Assembly: GCF_006345805.1 (NCBI RefSeq)
Contig: NC_043010.1
Location: forward strand, 44,206,001-44,270,000
DNA: 64,000 nt
Source: Octopus sinensis
Taxonomy: Eukaryota
Direction of reading: 5' to 3'
Below the pieces are notes generated by a model. That model was not told where the DNA came from, searched no databases, and worked only from the letters and a program-made list of their open reading frames with translations. Made by a program: the position numbers and the translations under genes. Of this stretch, positions 50,716-61,295 are shown in pieces (within the stretch, counting starts at the first letter, position 1; each line of letters begins with the position of its first letter).

Positions 50716-52972
50716 CTGAAAAACAAAAGGAAAGAGAGAGAAAAAAGTCAGAGCAAGAGAAGTTTATTATTATTTAATTCCATGTCCTATATACTAAGCA
50801 TTGGTTTGCTAAAGTTGTCAAAATGTAAAATTAGACTAGAAAGTTTCCCTATTTTGAGAGTTATGCTGACAGTTTGGACTTGGTTGTATATAGGTTAATA
50901 GATTTTGTTTTTACACTCATTTATCATATTGACCCCAATGCTTGACTAGAACTTATTTCACTGACCTCAAAAGGATGAAAAGCAAACTTGACCATAAACA
51001 TAAAGACAGATGAAATGCCACTAAGTATTTTGTCCGGCATGCTAAGTCAGCTGACTCAAGGCAACAACAACAACAATAATAATAGTTTCAAATTTTGGCA
51101 AAAGGCCAGCAACTTCAGGAGAGAGGTAAGTTGATTACACTGACTCCAGCGCTCAATTAGTACTTATTCTATTGTCACCGAAAGGATGAAAGGTAAATTC
51201 AATCTCAGTGGAATTTGAATTCAGAACATAGAGATGGACAAAATACTGCTAAGCATTTTGCCTGATGTGCTAACGATTCTGCCACTTAATAATAAAAAAA
51301 TGAGAACCATATCCTTTTTTGCCCAATATTACTCGAGAACAAAACTCTGAATCTATTTTAATTCATATTAAACCTAAACAGGATGAAAAACTAGTATATT
51401 TTTGGTGCTTTTTGAACTTAATTACAACTACAGTTACTACTCGATAAAGCCAGTGGCAGACTGCACAAACAGCCTTGTGGTTTTTATTTACAGTCTTTTA
51501 CATTCTGAGCATAAATCTTGTCAGAGTCAACTTTTGTCTTACATTTCTCTGGATAGATTTAATTGACTTATAGCACTTGCCTAAACAGGCCTTATGCCCA
51601 TGTTATAAAAGGAAAAATTATGATTACTGCAATTAAGGTATGTAATTTAAATATCTTATTAATTAACACTGCAATTAAAAACATTGTTTCTGAAATTCAG
51701 TGGTTCAGCATATCATAGCCAAGCTCAAATTTGATAAAGTTTGGCCAGCCTCTTGTAAAAGATTCATATACATTATTTTGCATAACACTCCTTTCTCTCT
51801 CTCTCTCTCTCTCTCTCTGACACACACACACACACTATCATAAAGTATGACATATTCTCAGACCTATAAATAACAGTAATACACATAACATCTGCAAGTA
51901 CAAACACAGTTCTTGAGATACTATAATACAAACACGAGCCCCAAGCTGATAGGAAGAGTTGTTGATTGAGTAGACCCCTGATTAAAGCATCCCAATTATA
52001 ACCATTCAATTATCGTTTTAGGGATATCTAAGGCTACATTGTTTAATGTTTTCATTTATTTATTATTTAACCAACAGGATATAATTTGAGAGAGATCTGG
52101 CTGCAAATTCTAGCCAGAAGGACAACCGCGTTGAGATCCCCAAGTTGTGTCGAAACCTTTTAAACAAAATCAGAACATTTTGACGTTTTTGTTTTAAATC
52201 GTAAATATCATAGCAATTTGTGAAAAGCATTAAAGTTACAATTGTTTCTTTCACTTAGCAGACGCATCAACTTATTCTACGTCGAGTCAATGATTCATTT
52301 TTCTGTGTAATAGTCCGATCTGCTAGACATAGCAGCTAAATTCCTTTGAATAACACACTTATTGCCTTAAAAAGGGAAGGAAAAATCGGATAATGTTGCC
52401 CTAAATATACAAAAAGACGGTCACAGTTGGAACACATTTTTACTTCGTAGGTTTGTTTGCTCAATCGACGCATTTAGTGAACTTTATTGATTTTTGCCGA
52501 CGTCAATCACCGCACTAATTCCCTCGAATTACTATATCGAGTTTTATATATTATATTATTATATTATATTATTGTTACTATGGGGCAACAGGATATAAAC
52601 ATTAAATCTGTATAATAATATATTTGTTAAATAGTAGGGAAAAGAGAAGGCAAGTGGAACAGAAAGACCGACAGTATAAATAACATTGATTGATAAGGAT
52701 GAAAGAGAGAGAGAGAACGGGGGGAGGCGACGGGAAAACAAAATGAAGTGATACTCACACATAAGAAAGAGATTTCGATGGATTTGATTTTGATAATTGA
52801 AAATAGAAATAGCGAATGCTTGATGTTTTATTTTGTCATAACAAATGACAGCAGTAAAATCTGGACTAACAGTTGTCTGCTGCGTTATTGAGAGGAGGTG
52901 GAAGGAGAAACATAGAGACGGGAAGGGAGGCGAAAAAAAGAAAGAAAGAAAGAAAACGATAGAAAGGAAAGC

Positions 52973-52999
<27 letters not shown>

Positions 53000-53004
<5 letters not shown>

Positions 53005-53225
53005 TATGAGAACAAATTAAAGATAGTGAAGAGAAAGAGTCGCAGAGAAATGAAGAGAGTATATAAGGGGAGTACATGAGGAGAAAGGAAGGAAAAAGTG
53101 CGGAGAAAGAAAGAAAGAAGAGAGAGAGAGTATGAGAACAAATTAAAGATAGTAAAGAGAAAGAGTCGCAGAGAAATGAAGAGAGTATATAAGGGGAGTA
53201 CAAGAGGAGAAAGGAAGGAAAAAGT

Positions 53226-53228
<3 letters not shown>
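53000..53228 (+). repeat. Direct duplication with 126-bp period inside a purine-rich (GA)n tract
   Basis: tatgagaacaaattaaagatagt...gtcgcagagaaatgaagagagtatataaggggagtac...ggaaaaagtgc starts at 53005 and again at 53131. Confidence 0.9.
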
Positions 53229-53268
<40 letters not shown>

Positions 53269-53562
53269 TTAAAAAAGGAGTGAGTTATAAAAGAGAAAAG
53301 AGAATGTAAAATAACAAAGTCGTATTGAATACGATAAGAAATATTATAGTGTGGAGCGTAAAGCAAAAGAGGATGGACAAAAAGTCTGAATATACGAGTC
53401 AAAGGAAGAAACAAAATTTACACTGATGATGTGTTGAGTACATACATACATACATGTTGAAATTTTTACACAATGTTGTGCAGATACAAAGAGCAAACGT
53501 AAATGTAAAAAAAAAAAAAGGATAAATAAAGCTCAAAGAAGCCGAGTAAGAATCGAACCTAC

Positions 53563-53680
53563 GTCTTCTTTGTCGATGCCTAAGTGCAATTATTGCCGTA
53601 CTACAAACCCTCAACAAAGGTAAGGAGAGTTCGATTCTTACTAGAATCTCAGTTTCTTTTCACGTTCGCTCAATATATCT
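53563..53680 (-). promoter_or_regulatory. Candidate first exon / promoter of the minus-strand gene within a CpG-retaining patch
   Basis: Minus-strand donor GAC|gtaggt at 53563/53562. CpGs are visibly more frequent in about 52.1-54.1 kb than in the introns. TSS position unknown. Confidence 0.4.
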
Positions 53681-53754
53681 GAGCAAATCTGTTAAAAGAA
53701 ATATGGATGGATAATATTCATTTTTCAAATTATAGTTTAGTAAGTGTTGAATTC

Positions 53755-53980
53755 TTTATTGTCCGTAGGGGGCTAAGCATAGAGGGGACAAACAAGGACA
53801 GACGAAGGGATTAAGTCGATTACTTTGATCCCAGTGCGTAACTGGTACTTATTTAATCGACCCCGAAAGGATGAAAGGCAAAGTAGACCTCGGCGGAATT
53901 AGAACTCAGAACGTAACAGCAGACGAAATACCACTAAGCACTTCGCCCGGTGTGCTAACGATTCTACCAGTTCGCCGTCC
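53755..53980 (-). mobile_element. Young SINE, same subfamily as 58214
   Basis: Near reverse complement of 58214-58448, with CpGs retained. Confidence 0.88.
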
Positions 53981-55082
53981 TTTAGTAAGTATAGAAACAA
54001 AAATACGCGCGGGTACGCATTGTTGTTTAACTCCGGGTCAGATTAGATCGAGCAGACAGACCTAAGACAGTAGGTATACCAGCCATAACCGTCTCCTCTT
54101 TTTCAGGGAACTTAGGCGTTATACATGTGACTTTTCTTTTAGAATGCGACATCAAGGAGATTTAGCTGCTGTTTCTAGCAGGCTGAGCAACCACTTAGAT
54201 GCTACCACATTCTCTCTCTCTCTCTCTGACACGAACACACACGCACATCGTTACATGCATAGGTGTACAGTATATATGCATGGCTATTTGGAAAGATATT
54301 CTCATTGATTTCTATATCAGCATACAAATAGATTTTATTGATAATCGTAGGTAATAGAAAACAAAGATTAAAATGAAAACTAGAGCAGGGAAGAATCTTC
54401 TTTGAGAGCTAAAGTATTTGTTCAAGAGAACTTATCTATCGATAAGCAGATAGTAATGATGGTGGTATTGGTGGTTTTGGGAGGCATCTACACTAGAAAA
54501 GATTAGTTGAAAGAGGCGGAGTGGGGGAGACGGTAGTTTAAGAAAGTAGAACAGAGTTATGTGGAATGGATTGTCAAATATTCAAGCATCTAAATCTTTT
54601 AGCAATCTACACTTCATACCTGTTCAGTTTTTGATTATTTTTTTAATTACTATCGGTATGCATAAAATCCTTAGTAAAAGATACAATTTGGCAGTCACTA
54701 AAAATCTATAAGACACTGCTTTCCAACTTATTCTTAAAAAAAAACTGTTTTCTTTATTAAACACCAAGGGTTCACAAAAAGATTTTGGGGAAGGTACAGG
54801 ACAATACAATGTGGGGGTAACATAAAAAGCATGTAAAAAAGCAAAAAAAAATTACAAAATTATAAATTTTAACTAAGAATAATTCCTCCAAAAAGGAAGA
54901 CTAGGGCTGCTTGTGGAAACCCCACAAAACTACAGAGGCCCTGAATACAGAGTGTCTCTCCATATCGAGAACAGGGTCATGTTTAGAGTAGGCCCATTCA
55001 CTTGTATCATTCCTGCCATGTTCACCCACCTTTCAACAAGCACTTCTCTTTCTACCTTCACATTCCCTTTCAAATAATAATA

Positions 55083-55416
55083 AGAGCACTCAGAGAGCGC
55101 AAACCTCAGCCAAGGCAACACTAACATCTTCTCAATGATTTTTAAAACGATTTTTAAAATGAAATAAAAACTCAACTACTTTCACAAATGAGAGTATTAA
55201 AAATGAATCCGACTGCTTTCAAAAATTAAGTGAAAAAACAGGAAAAATAATCCAGAATCCTTGTCCGGTACCAGATCAATCCCAAAATCTAACCAGTTTG
55301 TGCCAGCCACGAGGCTAAACATCCCTGCAAGTTTCATCCAAATGCATCCAGCAGTTCTTGAGATATCTTGTCCACGGATTGAAAACAATACCTCCGCCTT
55401 TGCTAAGACAGAGTTA
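55083..55416. mobile_element. Non-autonomous Helitron/Helentron-type (HINE/DINE-like) element
   Basis: aagtttcatccaaatgcatccagcagttcttgagatatc motif and a subterminal imperfect hairpin acctccgccttt-gctaagacagagtt. Confidence 0.55.
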
Positions 55417-55420
55417 ATAA

Positions 55421-55970
55421 TACAAGAAAAGATATGACAACCCAGGGGGAGTAATCCACTGGGAGTTACATAGAAAGCTAGGATTTGAGCATACTGGTAA
55501 ATGGTATGAACATAAACCCAGTAAAGTACTAGAAAGTACGAAATATAAGATGTGGGACTTTAACATTCAGATGGACAGAGTATTAGAAGCTAGAAGGCCT
55601 GATATAGTAGAAGTAGATAAAGAGAATAGAAAGTGCCAGCTAATTGACTTTACAGTCCCAAATGATGAGAAAGTCAATATGAGAAGTATAGAGAAAGTAG
55701 CAAAGAACCAGGACCTAGCCATTGAGTTACAGAAACTATGGAAATTGCAGGTAAAGTGTATCCCTGTAGTTATAGGTGTATTAGGAACTATTTCTAAAGA
55801 TTTGAACAGATGGATAGAGGAAATAGGCATAAAACCCAGTTTAGTACAGCTCCAGAAAACAGTGTTATTAGGGATAGCAAGGATACTCAAGGATACTTTT
55901 TGGCATTTAAGGTTACTTGTTGTAGCCCAATGTTAGGAAATTTTCTTTTCCAACAGTAATAATAATAATA
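55421..55970 (+). mobile_element. 5'-truncated R4/Dong-clade non-LTR retrotransposon (restriction-like endonuclease domain)
   Basis: YKKRYDN..VIHWEL..KWYEHKP..WDFNIQMDRVLEARRPDIV...LIDFTVP...EKVAKNQDLAIEL...IPVVIGVLG. It is flanked by taataa on the left and (TAA)n on the right. Confidence 0.9.
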
Positions 55971-56344
55971 GGAGCACTCCGTCGGTTGCGACGATGAGGG
56001 TCCCAGCTGATACGATCAACGGAACAGCTTGCTTGTGATATTAACGTGCAAGTGGCTGAGCACTCCACAGACATGTGTACCCTTAACGTAGTTCTTGAGG
56101 AGATTCAGCATGACACAGAGTGTGACAAGGCTGGCCCTTTGAAATACAGGTACAAGAGAAACAGGAAGAAAGAGCGAGAGAAAGTTGTGGTGAAAGAGTA
56201 CAGCAGGGTTCACCACCACCCCCTGCCGGAGCCTCGTGGAGCTTTAGGTGTTTTCGCTCAATAAACACTCACAATGCCCAGTCTGGGAATCGAAACCGCG
56301 ATCCTCCGACCGCGAGTCCGCTGCCCTAACTACTGCGCCATTGC
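55971..56344 (-). mobile_element. tRNA-derived SINE, young copy
   Basis: Minus-strand head gcaatggcgcagtagttagggcagcggactcgcggtcggaggatcgcggtttcgattcccagac with A and B boxes. Ends in (TAT)n. Confidence 0.8.
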
Positions 56345-56749
56345 AATCACCATCATCATCATTTTGGCACATGGGCAGCAACTTCAGGGGAGTGGGGGGG
56401 GGTTTAAGTCAGTTACATCAACCCCATTGTTCAACTGGTACTTATGTTACTGACCCCGAAAGGATGAAAGGCAAAGTCATATATGCATGAGAAAGTGTAT
56501 ACATGTTGGTTCTTATTATTGAACTTTAGCAGCAGATCTATGATAAAGGTGTTCTAGACATGATTATTTCATCCTTTTTTTTCCCCAGACACAGAGTATC
56601 TAGGACTAGGTTATCCAATGTATCATTCTTGGTGACAGATTATGATTTGAGGGATATCTGGCTGTTATTTCTATCATGCTGAGGAACTGCTCATATATAG
56701 GTAGGTGGTTGTGTATGACTGTTAGATATGTATGTGGTAAATACATAGA

Positions 56750-57038
56750 GGTGTTGGTATAAGTGATAAAGTCCTTTGGTGATGTGCTGTACTTGAGAAG
56801 ACTCATCAAACCAAATGAAATCGTAGTCATAGTTGATGCCGGTATCATGCAACTGGCACCCATGATGGTGATTGTAAAAAGCACCCATTACACTCTTGGA
56901 GTGGTTGCTGTCAGGAAGGGCATCCAGCAGTAGAAACCATGCCAAATCAGATTGGAACTTGGTGCAACTCTCTGGCTTACCAGTTCCAGTCAAACTGTCT
57001 AACCCATGCCAGCATGGAAAGCAGACACTAAATGATGA
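56750..57038 (+). mobile_element. RTE LINE 3' end
   Basis: ggaagggcatccagcagtagaaacc...aacccatgccagcatggaaagcagacactaaatgatgat. Confidence 0.75.
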
Positions 57039-57747
57039 TATGCATCTGCATGTAAATAAGTTCATATGTTAATGTGTAAGAATAAATACACATATGATTA
57101 ATCTGCTCTATTATTTAATAGACAAGCCATCTCAATGAAGAAAGAAATAGAAGTCTCTCTTCCCATTATGCACCAAATGAATTCTTAATTCCTTCCTCAT
57201 CCCATAACTGCAGCCAAATTTGATTCATTGCAGTGTGGTACTGGAACTTTTCCTAGTAAAGTCGTCGTCACATCTGATCCTTTATATTCAGAAGCTTTAT
57301 TCAAATGAATGTCCAACCTTCTGACATCAAAATGGTTGTCCCCTCACATAGTCTTGATCATGTGTAAGCATGTAAAATGCATGCAATGCGACAATATTTT
57401 ACTTTCAACTATAGGCACAAGGCCTGGAATTATATTGATTCCCCCCACCCCCACCCAGTGCTCAACTGGTACTTATTTTATCGACTTCAAAAGGAGGCAA
57501 GGCAAAGTCAACTTTGGTCAAATCTGATCACAGCATAAAGCCAGAAAGCATAACAATGGTATTACACACCCTGGAAACTATTTTCTTTCATTATTCATGA
57601 ACTGTTTTAGCATTGTTTACAATGTTTGTTTCTGTATCAGTTGACAAATGACACTCCAAAAGAATTTGAAATAGCATTAAGTTTGAGAGATTGATTTCGC
57701 CTTTTGTTCCCTATCAAAATATTAATTTGATTAGTATACATCTTTAA

Positions 57748-57967
57748 CCCTTTAACGTTCAGATTTCTTTGTCAAATGTAATGCTTATTTATTCACATTC
57801 TTTACAGTTAATCATATATGATTTTGTATCTATGAGATTTCAAAGTTATGATTGTTTATTTTGAGAATGACATTGCAGGGTAGGTGTGAGAGGCTGGATT
57901 TGGTCAGTTTGAAGACAGAACAGGTAGACTATTTAGGCTGGATATAGTTGGTGTAAATGCTAAAGGG
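57748..57967 (-). mobile_element. piggyBac-type MITE
   Basis: TTAA|ccctttaacgtt...aatgctaaaggg|TTAA. Confidence 0.8.
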
Positions 57968-58168
57968 TTAAGAAGTACAATTATATGTATACCTGCTTCA
58001 GATATAAATAAATTTAGCTTGTGATTCATCATTTCTTCTACATCAGTACCAAACTGAAGCTGTAGTTTCAGAAGATGCTGTAGAAATTGGTTGTATTTTT
58101 CTGTCCATCAAAGCAAATGAATGAGTCATACTGAGAGAAAAACGGACTGATAACTCAAAAGTATATGA

Positions 58169-58215
58169 TTGAAATATATATTAGCAGAACATACTTCTGC
58201 TAATATATATTTCAA
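58169..58215. repeat. Perfect 21-bp hairpin with 5-nt loop at a SINE 5' junction
   Basis: ttgaaatatatattagcagaa catac ttctgctaatatatatttcaa. Confidence 0.95.
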
Positions 58216-58448
58216 GGTGGCGAGCTGGCAGAAACGTTAGCACACCGAGCGAAATGCTTAGAGGTATTTCGTCTGCCGCTACATTCTGAGTTCAAATTCC
58301 GCCGAGGTCGACTTAGCTTTTCATCCTTTCAGGGTCGATAAATTAAGTACCAGTTACGCACTGGGGTTGATGTAATCGACTTAATCCCTTTGTCTGTCCT
58401 TGTTTGTCTCCTCTATGTTTAGCCCCTTGTGGGCAATAAAGAAATAAG
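58214..58448 (+). mobile_element. Young SINE with Meta-like central domain, inserted in the Gypsy integrase
   Basis: ggtggcgagctggcagaaacgttagc...gagttcaaattcc...tttcatcctttcagggtcgataaattaagtaccag. The 14-bp TSD is agaacatRcttctg (58186-58199, 58447-58460). Confidence 0.88.
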
Positions 58449-60720
58449 AACATGCTTCTGTCAGCTATTCATTTAGCTATCTTGATTGAATAAAATGGAA
58501 GTTATCACATGTTTACTTCTGGTCTTATTAAACCATCAACATGAGCTGTTATCATGAAGTTAAAGGTATTGTCAGGCACAAATGTTTCTGGAACACTAGT
58601 TCAGGAAAACATAAATCTTAACTGTTTCTACTTTATTCTTAACTCTTCTTACTTCTGGCCACCGAGAGTATGAATCACTTGACATAAGCATGATCTGATC
58701 TATAGGCATACATATCTACATAACCATGTTCAGTTTGTCAAGTCTATGGTTGCACTGTGTGGTAACTCCAGTTTTACTCTAGTCGATGGCAAATACCTTC
58801 TTACATTAATCCCATATCTTCATAGAAACCTGATGACTATATACATTATTATGCATAATTTTTATCATCAATTTTCTTAACAATTCTACATTTCATAAGA
58901 TATCTCCAACTGTTATATCATTTTCAATGATTTAAATGGCTTTTCAAACAACAGACATGTGTTCCTATTAAGAATGCTTTTTTAATATATGAGATAATAG
59001 AGAATTAATTGTTTGTCTCTAATTTTAAATTTCATGCCTTAAAACATTAGTTTCTAGCAGGTAAATGAAATAGAAAATTAACACAATAAATTCCAACTGT
59101 GTGTATATCCAATACACGATATTTCATATCCCTTTGCATATAACAAAATGCTGTCATTTTCAGGCTCATCGTATAATACACAGAGATGTTACTTTCGGTA
59201 AATCATAATTTTTGAGACCAATTTAAATTTTCAACCAAGCAGAAAATGCCAAGCAGAAAATGCCAAGCTCTTTGAGTATACCATACAATTGTCATTTCAA
59301 ATTCAAGTTTCTTGCTTTAGCTGTGATCAATGCTGTTCATAAATATAGTACAGGATGGCAGTCTTGTGGAAGTATTCCTGATACACTCTTTCACCTGCAT
59401 CAGTTGTTGAAGCAAACTCTTTTGTTGACATTAGAAATCTGGATTACTGGATTTAATGTTAACATTAGTTATATATCATAAAATTGTTGGACTAGATGAA
59501 CATGGGACACCACATTTACAAAGTGATGCATGTGACAATATGCAGTCTAAATAATCATACATATCCCATAGATATTGATAATATCTACTCCTTTGTCAGT
59601 CTATATCCTGTAAAAAAAAAGACAAGTCATCAGTCTTCAGAGATGAGTGAATTGTCTTTTTCCTTTTTTCTTTTTTGATTGAACATGTCTGATAAATGAT
59701 TCCAATCTTTTATGATTTTTATCTACCTTCTTGATATGTTGACTTTCAATACAACTTAATGGTTGTAACTTATCTTGCTTCAGAACATAGTTTCTTGTCT
59801 GATCACAGGCTATTTTTAAATCTAATTTAGCAAAATAATTTAACACTAGAAAGAGAATGAAATAACAGTTTATTAACAAGAATTGGATTAGAATCTTAAC
59901 AGATTCCTTTATTTGCACATGTCTTAAGATCTCTATCTGCTTTCATATAACTACTAAAAAGGCCCGTGTACTCCCTTCAGGAGCAATCTTTTCTAAAATA
60001 TCTTTATTCAAGAGTTTCTTCAGCTTTGTAGTGATTACTGATTTAATGTGCACTGATGATGGTCTTACCTCAAAATAACATGGCCAGATAATTCCCTTTA
60101 AAACATCTTAATCTCCCAAAATATTCTAGAATTATTAACATTCATCACTTCCATCCATACTGACAAATTATGATTTTTCTTATACTCAGTACCAATAACA
60201 CAACACCTATTCAATCTTCAAGTTCCACTAATGCATCAAACTTTCTGTTAATTTCAATGAATAATCATCAAATTATTTTAATTTGAGATCACATTACTTC
60301 TCTGCATTGAGAGGTCATAGCCCCAATACGCATCAATTCTGCTGTGGCAGACAGCTCTTCTTGAGTACAGCAAGATGTCAGATATCTTGGTCCTTAGTTA
60401 TCTCCTTTATAAGGCTCAGTGTCTTGAGATCGACCTTCAAAACTTCAACACGTCTTCTTGGGTCTCCCTCTTCCACAAGTTCCATCTATTTTAAGTGATT
60501 GCACAAGTTCAATCCACTCCAATAGCAATAATTAAAAAATTTTGGGACATGACCACAAGTTTTGTGAGAGAATGTGATAATACTCAGTGCTAGAGAGGAC
60601 CAAACACTTTATCATTTTATTGATATTGAAAGGATGACAGGTAAGTTGATCCAAGTGGGATTAAAATTCAGAACCTATTGAGATATAATTAAATACTACT
60701 ACACTCTTTACACAGAATTC

Positions 60721-61295
60721 ATCATTATCATCATCATTTAGCACCTGTTTTCCATGCTGGAATGGGTAAGATGGTTTCACTGAAGTTGGTAAGCACTAGG
60801 CTCTAGTCTGTTTTGGCTTGCCTTCAATGACTGGATGCCCTTCCTAATAACTACTCCAGAGCATACTGGAGTCTTTTTATGTGTCACTAGTATGGGTGCC
60901 TTTCATGTGTTCCCAGCACTGGCCATGACTACGATTCCACTTAGCTTGACGTGTCTTCTTAAGCACAGCAAATTGCCGTAAGTTATGATCACTTGTCATT
61001 GCCTCCATGAGATTCAACAACTAAAGATCATATTTCACCACTTTGTCCCATGACTTCCTGAGTCTACTTCTTCCACAGGTTCCCTCCACAGTTAGAGATA
61101 AGCACTTCTTTACATAGCTGTCCTTGTCCATACACATCACATGACCATACTAGTGCAGTCTTCTCTTTTGTACGCTACATCTGATGCCTCTTATACCCAA
61201 TTTTTCTCTTAAGACACTCTGTCGTACAAGCACACTGACATTGCACATCTAGGGGAGCATACTAGATTCATTTCTTTCAAGCCTTCACATGTCCT
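60721..61295 (-). mobile_element. 5'-truncated RTE LINE (RT C-terminus + 3' UTR)
   Basis: The minus strand translates to LREKLGIRGIRCSVQKRRLH*YGHVMCMDKDSYVKKCLSLTVEGTCGRSRLRKSWDKVV (RTE WxGHVxRM...GRPRKxW motif) and ends in (GAT)n. This shows the short copies are RTE 3' ends. Confidence 0.85.

Larger units (their letters stand above)
57975..60270 (-). mobile_element. Degraded Ty3/Gypsy LTR-retrotransposon pol (RT-RNaseH-integrase)
   Basis: Motifs in Gypsy order on the minus strand: KLKKLLNKDILEKIAPEGS..VV..KADRDLKTCA (about 60.0 kb), FAKLDL (59818-59835), TDAG and HPVLY (about 59.4 kb), DSYSRWPEV (58676-58650) and VPETFVPDN (about 58.58 kb). Confidence 0.8.

Noticed and set aside
52559-53414. 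182-214 aa hydrophobic ORFs on the minus strand
   Set aside because: They are translations of (CT)n-rich low-complexity sequence and a 126-bp duplication.
57991-58130. Apparent minus-strand exon with tttttctctcag acceptor and CAG|gtatac donor
   Set aside because: All three frames contain stops, and the segment is collinear with the decayed Gypsy integrase C-terminus.
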